A stretch of DNA of 63,224 nucleotides, the filler included, from Pirum gemmata (taxonomy: Eukaryota): assembly GCA_002812295.1 (NCBI GenBank). It is 13 parts of 13 records of this genome, joined end to end, with 100 filler letters (N's around TTAATTAATTAA, not from the genome) between each part and the next. Parts side by side here need not be neighbours in the genome. Positions count along the whole stretch, not along the records: positions 23,272 to 27,866 come from PDIN01001003.1; positions 27,967 to 34,848 come from PDIN01001004.1; positions 34,949 to 39,571 come from PDIN01001005.1; 10 more parts are not named here. The stretch is one strand, 5' to 3'. Every line of letters starts with the position of its first letter. The stretch's first letter is position 1. The translations under genes and the position numbers were made by a program. Below the pieces are notes generated by a model, which saw nothing but the letters and a program-made list of their open reading frames with translations, searched no databases and had not been told where the DNA came from. This document shows, piece after piece, positions 24,759 to 37,300 of this stretch.

Positions 24759-26648
24759 TTAATCAAATATAGAATGTTCGTTGGTGTGATTGTAATTATT
24801 TGGTATAGACCATTGCGCCACAGCATCATTCCAAGACATAAAATATGGACTTGACCCACCGATTTCTTTAATCAAATCATCATCTACCTCATAAATCCAA
24901 GGGTGTCCCCCTCTAACTGAAGCCACATGTTCGCTTGCAGTATTATGACCAAGCCACCAAAATTTAGCGTGGTCTTCGCTATTAAATGACTCTAACAATT
25001 TCATACCATACTCTTTTAAAATCCCAATACTGAAAAACCCTCTACAATCTGTACACCAAAAATTTTGCTGCAATGTTACGGCGATGGCTTGGGAAGCTTG
25101 AGTTTGCTCTAAAGTCATTTTCTTTGGCATATTATGCATTAGTAAATGAATTAAACTCCACACCATATTCGGTCTCATCATTCCCATAGCTTCTCTGAGA
25201 GAATTAACAACTAAGCAATTGGTGCTATTCTTATTCTCTTCACCGTTTGTGCATTTTTCACTGATTACATGATAATCATTGCTAATCTTTTTACATTCGG
25301 CGTATGTTTTAGTATTAAGTGAAGGGTCAGGAAGTAAAGATTTCATTTTTTCATAAGTTGGAATGGGGCCTAATTTTTCCGAAGGCCATAATGCAGCAGC
25401 TATATTATAATTAACTCGTTGTTGTTTTAATCGACTGGCTCCTATTCCCGTTGGTTCATCCTCATACCAAAACTCACAAGTTGCAGGAGTTGCTTTTTCA
25501 CCAGCGAATAAATTCAAAAATGGAATTAAAGCCTCAAGTGCCTCGGTTCTAGATAAGCCACTCTTCAAGTCGGACTCGACTCTAGGGCAAATAAAGGAAT
25601 CCCACCATGGGCCTTGGTAACATCTATTCTGTGGTCGTTTTTCAACACAGGTATTTGGCGTAATGGTTAACTCTTCACCAGTGCATACTAAGCCTTTCTC
25701 GCACATTATATTAGCTTTTTCATTACAACTTTGGTTTTTCTTACGTAATTTGGTGGTAGTTCTAGCCCTACTAATAATTCGTTTCTCTTTCATTATTTGG
25801 TCCTTTACACACGTGAAAGCAAAAGGCTTTCCATTTTTACCACTACAAGTCAGCCCTGGCCCACAAACAAAACCTCTCTCAAAAGCGTCACCTGAACCTG
25901 CTTCAGTCATAAAGGTGGGATTAGCCACAAATTTAGAATCCACAACCCGTTGCCATGGTTCAACAGTACAACTTTCCCCTTCCTTTCTATAATCAGTACA
26001 TTTACCGATTATAGGGCCCCATTTCCCATGACCTTTATCACCTTGACACCAATATTGCCACGTCGCCTGTACTTCAGGATCGGTTGAGTTATAATAGTTC
26101 GCGTTATTACAAATTTCATTGTTTTCATCATGAAAAGTTGTCCCATTCTCTCCATAAGCCCAAGGACCAAAGCGCTCATGAATTTTAAGTCGGCAAAATT
26201 GGTTTTCTTTACATTGAAGGTGGTTTTTGTCCACTGCACCATAACAATCGGGAGTAGGTTTGTTTGGGCAAAATACACCATCACATAGGAATGGGATCAC
26301 TTCACCCTTTTTAGCGTTTTGCATTTTCTTAGTTTCCGCATTGAAAAACGTCCAATCAAACAAAGCGATACTACAATGACTAGCCCAAATCCAACCTCTA
26401 CCAGTATTCAAGGATTCTTCCTTTAAGCTCCCATCTTTGTTGTTGAACTGACTGCACCACCAAGTTACATTAATATTGTCTATACTAACGTCTGAGCCAT
26501 TAACAAAAGGAATTTTATGGTAGTATGAATTTAAGAGTTGGTTTTTAGTATGCGTTCTTATTTCTTGATTTGGCCAGTATGCCATTGGACTACCTTCAGA
26601 TCCCAAAGTGGTAGCAAGTGTAATTGCTAGTAGTGGAATAAAAAACAT
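24759..26648 (-). CDS. Secreted Cys-rich protein with C-terminal Erv1/ALR-like FAD sulfhydryl-oxidase domain
   Basis: Signal peptide MFFIPLLAITLATTLG. The C-terminus has WSLIH...FWCTDCRGFF...WWLGHNTAS, matching the order of the Erv/ALR WxxxH, CxxC and WxxxHN motifs. 629-aa single-exon ORF. Confidence 0.7.
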   Translation of the reverse strand: MFFIPLLAITLATTLGSEGSPMAYWPNQEIRTHTKNQLLNSYYHKIPFVNGSDVSIDNINVTWWCSQFNNKDGSLKEESLNTGRGWIWASHCSIALFDWTFFNAETKKMQNAKKGEVIPFLCDGVFCPNKPTPDCYGAVDKNHLQCKENQFCRLKIHERFGPWAYGENGTTFHDENNEICNNANYYNSTDPEVQATWQYWCQGDKGHGKWGPIIGKCTDYRKEGESCTVEPWQRVVDSKFVANPTFMTEAGSGDAFERGFVCGPGLTCSGKNGKPFAFTCVKDQIMKEKRIISRARTTTKLRKKNQSCNEKANIMCEKGLVCTGEELTITPNTCVEKRPQNRCYQGPWWDSFICPRVESDLKSGLSRTEALEALIPFLNLFAGEKATPATCEFWYEDEPTGIGASRLKQQRVNYNIAAALWPSEKLGPIPTYEKMKSLLPDPSLNTKTYAECKKISNDYHVISEKCTNGEENKNSTNCLVVNSLREAMGMMRPNMVWSLIHLLMHNMPKKMTLEQTQASQAIAVTLQQNFWCTDCRGFFSIGILKEYGMKLLESFNSEDHAKFWWLGHNTASEHVASVRGGHPWIYEVDDDLIKEIGGSSPYFMSWNDAVAQWSIPNNYNHTNEHSIFD

Positions 26649-27438
26649 GGCTTCTTTTTGTTTATTTTTTTGTGTTTTTGTTTTTGTTTTTGGTTTTGGT
26701 TTTGTTTTTGTTTTTGTTTTTGTTTTTGTTTTGTTTTATTTTGTTATTTTATTTTTCTATCTTGCCTCCTTTTATATATATATGTTTTTTGCTTTTGACG
26801 TTTTACTTTTGAAATAAAAAAAACTTTTTTTTTTTGTTGTGTTTTCTTTTGTTGTGTTTTTCTTTCTTTTCTTTTCTTTTTGTTTTGTTTTTTGTTTTGT
26901 TTTGTGGTCTAATAAGTAAAAAAAGAAGTATCGTATGATAGGGGAAAAGAGTCCTCGAAAGAGTCTGGAAAAAATGTTGAAAAAAGCCAGTTGCCTCATT
27001 TGAACTCAAGCACTCGGGTAGTTTATTGATACTAGTTTAGCTATCATAGCTAGCTAGAGTATTTTCCTACTATTTTCCTGTGGTTCTTGAATAAATATTT
27101 TATTATGTATACAGAGTGATAATGTATAGGCATTTTACTTTTTTTTTTTGGGTTTTTTTTTGGGTTTTTTTTCAGTCATGCGCCACTTGCGGTTTGGTCA
27201 TTTAGAAACAATTTCATTGCTATCATTCTAGTGATTGGACAAGAGTAAAGCGCCTAGAACCAAAAAGAATCCAAAAAAAGAAAAAGAAAAAGAAACATCT
27301 TATTTTTTTGAAGTTAGAACAAACAAGAAACCCATTTCCTATTATATTATTAAAAAATAATAACTCCTAAAAAGCGTCTAATTATATATTTAATATGCCA
27401 AAATAAGATTCATCTTTTAGATTGTAACAGGAAATACT

Positions 27439-27481
<43 letters not shown>

Positions 27482-28050
27482 TAATATTATTCTAATAATA
27501 ATAATTATAATAATAATCGTAATAGTACTAGTAATAGTAATAATAATAATAAATCATAAAACTCGTACATTCCTAACACCATAATGATGTATTTAAAATA
27601 TCGATTGTTATATTATAAAATTAAATACTAATCCCTGAAGGCAAGCTATATATAGCAGCTTTATTATAGCTAGCTAGTAGCCAAGTGCTGAGGTGCCACA
27701 CCAATTTGGGTTGTGCACATTGTGTAACAGCAATTAAAAGTGTCAGTTGTGGTTTCAACTCCACAAAAAACGAAAAAATGAAAAAATAAAAAAAACAAAA
27801 AAACGAAAAAACGAAAAAACGAAAAAACAACAAAACAACAAACAACAAACAAACAACAAACAACAANNNNNNNNNNNNNNNNNNNNNNNNNNNNNNNNNN
27901 NNNNNNNNNNTTAATTAATTAANNNNNNNNNNNNNNNNNNNNNNNNNNNNNNNNNNNNNNNNNNNNAGCGTAATTGTTGTTTCATAGTAGTTTTGATTTT
28001 TTTACCGAACACTAGGATAACAATATATTTATTTTAATTCTTAATAACAG

Positions 28051-30028
28051 TTCGCTGACCCTCAAAATCTGGCAAAAGTGAATAAGTTGATAGTTACAAA
28101 GGAAATTATGGTCACAAAGGCCGAAGCTTATGCTACTTGCGAAAAAGATAAAACATGCATTGGTGTTATAACTAACCTAGATTATGTTATAAACACTCAA
28201 AAAAAGCTTTACTGGACAGTATCTGGACCCCAAAAGGTTAGAATTGTTAACAATTACTTTCTCTTGACTCTACTTATGTTATAAATACTAACTTTTGGGA
28301 CCATATTAATCGCTATGTTAATTCTATTTTTTCTTGACTCTACTTATGTTATAAATACTAACTTTGGGATCATATTAATCGCTATGTTAATTCTGACTTT
28401 CGCTATAATATTCTATGTTAGTTCTGACTTTCGCTATGTTATTTATTAATATTCCAGGCTGTTTTAACTTCATGTTTTGGTAAGGGTAATAATGATAAGC
28501 ATGTACTTTACTTAAAAAAAACGCCAATGGATTGTACTCAAAAAATTAATAAGAATTCGTGCACTGAATGTGATGTCGACCTTATTAAAATTTTTAATTG
28601 TCGAAGCGGAGATGAATATATTCCAAAAGGAACAGCTACATGTGATTTTGAAGTAAGAAGAAAAGCCCAAAACGGCGGTAACTGTGTTCTTAAAAGAAAA
28701 CAAAGTCTGACATGTGAAAGTAAAACAATAGTATGTAACCAAGGAATAAACACACGGAAACGCGATTTTGATGCCCTACCAGGTAATACATTTTTTTGAA
28801 ATGGTTTAGATCATTTTATTTTATTTTCTCTTTTATATAACTCCAACCCTAACCTTCTCTTTTATATAACTCTAACCCTAACCCATTTGTTATAAATATA
28901 ATTTAAACAGAATGGGCTCGGAAAGCAAAATGCAATGGTTGGGACACTACTAACTTATATGAAGGGAAATGGATATCTTACACAACCAGACATGAAGCGT
29001 ATACACAATGTCAGGCGCAACCTAAATGTACTGGTATTGTTACGGAAGAACTAAATGATTATAGAAAAGGTGGCTACTGGTTAAAATATATTAAAGATGG
29101 TATGGTTGATCCTTTAGAAATGACATGCTCGAGTACTGACAATAAATACAGAATGTATGTAAAACCAATAAAAAAGGATTGTGTACAGGAAATAGATATT
29201 AATACGTGTACAGCATGCACTGCTAAGGCAAAATGTAATGGATCAAAAATAAGATATTTCCCAGAGGGAGAACAACGATGCAGCATGAAGGTAAAAATCG
29301 CCGAAAAACATGGTGGTAGCTGTGTTCTTAAAAAAAATCAACTTCACTCATGTGACCAGAAAACGGTGGAATGCTATAACGGAAAAGATATCAGAAAATT
29401 GCCAGGTAAACGAATAATTATATTACTTTTGTTTTGCTGTAAACGAATAATTACCATTACCTGTTTTATTTGTTCTTTTACATAATATGACCAGTATAAA
29501 TTTTAATATATAATAATATAATGTAAACAGCATGGACCCAAAAAGTAAGCTGCAATGGTTGGCAAGCTAAAAATATAATATATGAAGACAAACATCAAGG
29601 TGTAATAAGTAAATATGAAGCGTATGCAAAATGTCTGGCCAACCGTAATTGTGCTGGGTTTTTTACGACTGTCCTAGATAATAATAATGATACAGAAGGT
29701 GATTACTGGTTAAAAGTTATTAAAAATGGTGCGTCTGATCCTTTAGATATGACATGCTCGAGTACTGACAATAATTTCAGAATGTATGTAAAACCAATAA
29801 GAAAGGATTGTGTACAGGAAATAGATACGTGTACAGCATGCACTGCTAAGGCAAAATGTAATGGATCAAAAATAAGATATTTCCCAAAGGGAGAACAACG
29901 ATGCAGCATGAAGGTAAAAATCGCCGAAAAACATGGTGGTAGCTGTGTTCTTAAAAACAATCAACTTCACTCATGTGACCAGAAAACGGTGGAATGCTAT
30001 GACGGAAAAGATATCAGAAAATTGCCAG
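28051..30028 (+). CDS. Multi-exon Cys-rich tandem-repeat protein (PAN/apple-like module plus Cys-rich module, three units visible), partial
   Basis: In-frame exons 28051-28236, 28458-28782, 28911-29405 and 29531-30028 with GT-AG boundaries. The last two are symmetric phase-1 exons of 495 and 498 nt. The motif EAYxxC(5)CxG..T...YW recurs. Both ends are lost at gaps. Confidence 0.75.
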
Positions 30029-30686
30029 GTAAACGAATAATTATCATTACTTTTCTTTTGCTGTAAACGAATAATTACCATTACCTGTTTTATTTGTTCT
30101 TTTACATAATATGACCAGTATAAATTTTAATATATAATTACCATTACCTGTTTTATTTGTTCTTTTACATAATATGACCAGTANTGTTATTGTTATTGTT
30201 ATTGTTATTGTTATTGTTATTGCTATTGTTATTGTTATTGTTATTGTCGATGTTGTTATTGTTATTGTTATTGTTATTGTTATTGTTATTGTTCTTGTTC
30301 TTGTTATTGTTATTGTTGTTATTGTTATTGTTATTGTTATTGTTATTGTTATTGTTATTGTTATTGTTATTATATTATATTACATTATATTATATTATAT
30401 TATATTATATTAGATTAGATTAGATTAGATTATATTAGATTAGATTAAATTAGATTAGATTAGATTAAATTAGATTAGATTAGATTAGATTATGTAATGT
30501 TTTACTGTATTGTGTTATATTATATTGTTATTGTGTTACAATTGTATTATATTATATTATATTATATTGTATTATATTGTATTGTATTACATTGTATGGT
30601 ATCCTATTATTGTAATATATCTTTTTTTAAGTTTTTGTTTTTATTTTATTTACGTATTACTATTATTGTTGTATTACTTTTTACAG

Positions 30687-30844
30687 CCATTCATTCATTT
30701 ACAAAAGAAACTGGTCGTCGTTTACGAAATCGTACCAGAAGGTTTGGAAGATCTGATAGAGGAAATGTCGGAATTTCGAACTTTTTCGCAACACATCAAT
30801 GTAATCCATTGTGCAAACTTCTTAAACTTACAGAGAAGAATTAA
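30687..30844 (+). CDS. Alpha-kinase (eEF2K/MHCK family) C-terminal exon
   Basis: After a ttacag acceptor, phase 1 reads AIHS...RFGRSDRGNVGISNFFATHQCNPLCKLLKL*. This matches the alpha-kinase (TDP)xIHS, FGxxDxGxxGI and FFxTHxCNxxC zinc-binding tail. Upstream kinase exons are not visible. Confidence 0.75.
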
Positions 30845-31012
30845 ATATAGCATATATCATATAAGGGCAGGTCAGGTTAGGGTTATGATTAAGGTTAGGT
30901 TAAGATATATTATTAATAAATATTATGGTTTTTTTTTTTTTTGCAGAGTTATTGCGCTGTTTAAGAAATAATGAGAAGGACATATTATGCTCATTTATTC
31001 GTAATTCCAATT

Positions 31013-31052
<40 letters not shown>

Positions 31053-34000
31053 CGTTTTTTTTTATAGATAAAACTAGACTATAATACTATTTATTTTAAT
31101 AAATAAAAATATATTTTTGTTTTTATTTTATTATATTATTATTTTATTTGTTTACTTTTCTATTCCCTGTCTACTATATATGATTATATATGTCTTTATT
31201 ATCCATTATAAAAAAAAATTCACTAGTTTTTTTAGCATCATAGACGATCAACTCAACAACCCCAATAATAATACTAGACTATAATAATATTAATGTTTAT
31301 TATAAAAAAATATTTTTTGTGTGTTGTATTATTATTTTATTTCTTTACTTTTCTATTCCCTTTCTGCTATATGTCTTTATTATCCATATTATAAATATCA
31401 ATAACTAAAATTTTTTTTGGTTTCTTCATTAAGTTTCATGTCATAGTAAATAGTTACTTTTTTTTAGTTTGTTAATTTTCATACATAGTAATTATTTATT
31501 TTTTTTTCAAGTTTCATGTCATAGTAAATAGTTATTTTTTTTAGTTTGTTAATTTTCATGTCATAGTAATTATTTATTTTTTTTTAATAAGTTTCATACA
31601 TATATATAGTAATTAGTTATTTTTTTTAGTTGGATAAGTTTCATAAATAGTAAATTATTATTATTATTTAGCTTGATACATAGTAAATAATTATTTTTTT
31701 TATTTTGTTTTATTTAATAAGTTTCATAGTCTACATAGTTGAGAAGTTATTTTTTTTAGTTTGTTAAAAGTTTCATACATGATAGTCGATAGCTATTTTT
31801 TTTAGTTTGTTCAGTTTCATACATAGTCTAGTAATAGATAGTATTAGACTATACGATACACTTTCTTTTCCTTCAAGAGTTCTACTTCGTAGGGCTGGTT
31901 AATTAATTAATAAATAGGCAAGAAACTAGCTAGATAATAAAAAACTACTATCATAGCGCATTTTTTTTCCTCTTATTATATTTCCTTTTTTGTATTTTTT
32001 TTCCTTCGAATTCCTTTTCAAGTAGATTATTTATTATTGATTAATTGATTGATTAATATAAATGATTCACTAACTGATAAATTAATTGTTTGTTTAATTG
32101 ATTAGTGAACCTCGTACCTTACAAATAATTATAAAGTTTATTCAGCTAGTACTTTCGAATTCATTTCATTATATTTATTATCCCCTAAACCACCTTAGCC
32201 TCACACGAAACTCGGAATATTTTATTTGATTATTATCCTCCCCTAACCCGAAACTTAACCCTTACCCTAACCCGAAACTTAACCCTTACCCTAACCCTAA
32301 CCCTAACCCTACCCATAACCCTAACACTAACCCTAACACTAAACCCTAACCATAACACTCCCTAACTTTATAACCCTGACTCTAACACTCTAATTCTTAC
32401 TCTAATAATATTAATAATTCTAATCCTAAACCAAACCCTAAAACCGTAACCGTAATCATAACCAATTTTTGGAGTGGGTGCGAAACAAAAAAAAGTGAGA
32501 ACTACTATCTGAACTACTATCTGATGGCTAGCCATATTCTACTATCATACTATTGATACTATCGATAGCTAGCTAGTAACTAGCTAGAGTTAGTAGGCAC
32601 TGAACGGTGGAAACCTACATACTTTTAGATATTTCTTGGAGTTGTAGGGCTAGTTAGCAGCTAGCTAGCTAGAGTTGCTAGTAGGTAGAGCGGGTGCACT
32701 GAAACAGAAAAAAAGTGATAACTATCCATAGGCAGCAGAGTATATGAGACATTATCTATATATAGTATATATTATATATATATAGTAGTGAGTAGCATCA
32801 GTAGCCGCCTATGACTCACTTGCCTTTGTTTTTAGCTACAGGTTGGTTTTTTCAGTTGGTGGTTTTAAAATAGGTAGTAGACCTTAGTAGCTACCTTAGT
32901 ACCTTGTATTTTTTTTTTTTTTTTTTTTTCACCCTGTAGTCTACCGGCACCAGTCTTATATAAAAATAAATTACCTAGTAGAAACTGTAGAATAAATTAC
33001 ATGGTCTGTCTAAAGAACGGTGGGCCAATGAGGCCTGGCCAATGGCACCAAAACATCCTAGCTAGGACCTATCCACTGCTACTGCCATCTTAGACTGCAG
33101 CTATCATTATCATAATTATTATGATACAGTATCTAGCTAAACTATCATGTAGAGGCTTAGAGGCTTAGACCCCTTTGCTGTGCCTTATAAGCAGGCCTCA
33201 CAGAATCATAGTCAGCTTTATAAATAAATTAGGCCCTATCCAGAATTCCAGATACAGTAAATAGGCCTTCTAACTAAAGACTACTAGCTAGCTAGTAGAG
33301 CAGATCCACTTATCCCAGCCCTACTCATCCTACTCAATGCAACTATCTATATAACACTCTAGAGCTACTCTAGCCAGCTATCGATAGTAGAGCTAGACTA
33401 GGCAAGTAACTACCTTTACAAAACAATGACAAAAAATCAAAAAAAATTTCTATGTCATATTATTTATAAAAAAACGACAAATTTTGGCCTTTAGAGGGCT
33501 TTTATTCTGGCCTAGCTAGTTATTCTGGCCAAGCGATCACAATATATATATTTTTTTTTGCTATCATATTAGACAGATTATTTATAAAAATTTTTGAAAA
33601 ATGTATATATTAAATTTTATTATTAATTTTATTCAACATACACCGATATACACCGATTTGTTTGTCCAAAACACTCCCGTAAGCTAGGTTTTTGTTATTT
33701 ATACAATCATTTTTTTTTTTTTTTTTTTTTTACTACAGAAATCATTATCTTAGGCCCTTAGGGTCCTATGATTATTTTTAGACTTGTTTTCTAAAAAATT
33801 ATTCCAACTAGCCAAATTGTTATTAAAAACTTGCCGTTGGCTCATAATAGAGTTTTCTTAGTTAGACGATTTCTGAAAATTTGACAATACTTGCATGAAA
33901 ATTGGAAGCTTTTTATGATTTTGTCAGATTTTGAGCTCATTGCAATTATATCTGGCAAAAAATTATTATTTAAAAAAAAAAAAATAATAATTTATAATAA

Positions 34001-34311
34001 TATGATATTATGATAAACCCCCTTTCCATAACAGAACGTCTTTTTTTTTTTAAACAGCCAAGACGGATAAAACTGTAGAAATCTTTTTTTTTTAGAATTC
34101 TTTTCTAAAAACCTTTTTTTAAAATAATAATTAGCCAAATTATTTTAAAAAACTGGCCATTGGTTTATAATAGAGTTTTCTTACTTTAAACAATTTCTCA
34201 ACTTTTCTCAACTTTTGGTAGTATTTATATTAAAATTGGTACTTTTTGAGATTATTTGGATTTTTGAGCTCATACCAGGTACAGCCATGTCACAATTTTT
34301 ATCCGGTATGG

Positions 34312-34350
<39 letters not shown>

Positions 34351-37300
34351 TTTTTGCTCTAGTGAATTCTACTATTATGCTGCTAGTGGTCAAGAACTGG
34401 CCAGGTGTAGACTAATAAGGCAGGGTTAACCAGATTTTAATTTTTACTACTTTTTTTACATGTATTCATCTAGAGTATTCATCAATCAACATTCTAAAAT
34501 GGAATATTTCTCATTTATCAAAATTAATCACTGCCCTTTTTGGAAAATGATAATGCCAATAGACGGGTCTAGAGTCTAGACTAAGACTAGACAGTGTCTA
34601 GACCTAGGTGTCTAGACTGGTCTAGAGGAGTTCTAGAGGCCAGTAGTTTGCTTGGGCTAAGGGAAAAAAATCTTATTAACATACTTGGGAGATATAGGAA
34701 TGTGGTATGCCTGGTATTTTCGAAAAAAAAAAAAAAAAAATGCAAAGGCTGAATGAATAATATAGAGTCGGATATTATTTAGCCAAGTCGAATAAATTTA
34801 ACTGTAGAAATCATTTTTTTCAGACTTCTTCTCTAAAAACCTTTAATCNNNNNNNNNNNNNNNNNNNNNNNNNNNNNNNNNNNNNNNNNNNNTTAATTAA
34901 TTAANNNNNNNNNNNNNNNNNNNNNNNNNNNNNNNNNNNNNNNNNNNNTCGAAAAACTATCGATTGGTTATTTTTCAATTTCGATTTTTATCGAAAATTA
35001 TCGATTATCGCATTTGGTCATCGATACCAAACACTACGAGTCGTGCACAGCACTCAAGCACTACTCGGGCCGACTTTGTGAAAAATTACAGTTAGGTCTA
35101 TCTCTCTAAAAGTATCCTCTAATAATACAGTAATAATACTCTAATAATAATAATAACTGTGTGAAAAAACTGTAGACTAAAAGTAGACTAAGTAAGATAC
35201 ACTAGCTAGTAGTAGGTTTGTTATGATAATAAATATCGATACAAGATACACCTACTAGCTAGTAGCTAGTGGTAGTAAGATACTACTAAGATACTGTTTA
35301 TCGATGCAGTCTGTTTATCATATAAGTTATATGATATCGATATATCATATATCATATCCAGATACAAAATAAAAGATGGAAGAAACTATCATATCATAGT
35401 CTCCTACTCTGCTAGCCAGCCAGACTAGTATCATAGTAGTCTAGCTAGATAGCTAGTATCATAGTAGTCTAGCTAGCTATCTAGCTAGCTAGTAGTAGTC
35501 CAGTAACTAGCTAGGAAATCTACTCGGGGAAACTGGTTGAAAATATCCAAGGGCTTCAAATTCAAAAAGTTTTTTTTTTTGAAGTCCTTGAAATAAGTTT
35601 GAAATAGACTATCCAAGGACTTCAAAAAAAAATATTTGAAGTCCTTGAAATATCATAAAAATAGTATAAAAATACTATAAAAATTATAAAAATCAGTTGA
35701 AATATTTTGCTAGAAATATTTTGGTGGAGGGCCACGGCACGCCACGGCCCACAGGAGGCTAGCTAAATCTAGCTAACTGCTAGCTAGTAGCTATCGATAT
35801 CATAGCAGACTTAGCTAAGCCTACTATGATAGCTAGTAGCATAGCTATCATACTGTAATATATATGTTATACAGTCTTTCAAACTATCATACGTGCGTAA
35901 AATGTGTTAACAATGTCATATTAAACTTTATCATCGACACACTATTTTCACGGGCCTGCAAGCTTAGTTAGTAGCCACAGCACGAGTCAATTTACTCAAT
36001 TTACCCTACTAGTCAAAAATTTACCCTGCAATACTCCTGCTGCCCTGCAATAAGTGCAATTTACCAACTGTTCAGCATTCACTGTTCAGTTCACCCTAAC
36101 TAGCTAGCTAGCGGCTAGCTAGTTGTTCCCCACATTAGCATTTTTTTTAAAAAATAATAGACCCTAATATCGATAAACCAATTACTTCTGGTTGTTGGGG
36201 TCAGTCAGTGGGTGACTACTACTATCCAAATGCTGATACTGACTAGCTATCATATCAATAGTAGAGCTACTCTAGCTAGCTAGCTACAACTCTAGGTACT
36301 ATCGCTTTCAATAGTCTTTCAATACATAGTAGACCTCTTGTGCTTTTCATTTATTTTGTCACTCCGAATATTTATTTGGTTGTTTATAATATTTAAATTG
36401 ATACCTTTAAATAAATAAACATATAATAAAATATACCAAATTAAATAAAATGGATAATATTGTATTCATTTGGTACTATTTATTGTATATTTTATGACGA
36501 CAAAACAACTGAAAAGCACGATAATAATTTATATAAACAACCAAAAATACCTGATTCACAGAAAAGAGCCTAGAGTAGAGAGTGAGTAGAGCTACTAGCT
36601 AGCTACTAGTCTGGCTAGAGCTAGCTAGAGCTACTAGTGAAAAAGAGCTAGCCAGCTATGATAGCTAGCTAGGTCTATCGATACTACTAATGTATCATAA
36701 CTAGCTATCTGTATCAATATCATCATTATTATGATATTATGATAGCTACTGACTTTGATAATATTCATCTGATAGGGAGTCACTACTAGAAAGGACTAGC
36801 TAGCTAGGTAGTAGACCGGGGGTCTAGGGTCTAGTAGGGAAAGTGAAAAAGAGCTGAAAAGAGAAAAGAGCTGTGCTGAGAATTGAGCTGAATTGAGCTG
36901 AATTGAGCTGAATTGAGCTGAATTGGGCTGAATTGGGCTGAATTGAGCTGCTGAATTGAGCTGAATAAAAATAGTATGATAACAAAATTTAATGAATTTG
37001 TTCTTTTTTATTATAAAATAGTATGATATCGATTCAATATTATCGATCAACGACCCATGATTTTGATTTTATCGATATTTATTGTACTTTTACACAGATT
37101 TTTATATTATCATACTTTTATTGTAATAAATACTGGTAATAAAATAATGATAACTACAATTAATACAATTAATACTACTACATGTGTACGTACAATAAAA
37201 TATTATGTATCAATATATGATATACCAAGGAATTAATGGCTCTATGATAAATATTATAAATAGTATTGATATGATATAATAATAATAAATAGCCTGGTGC

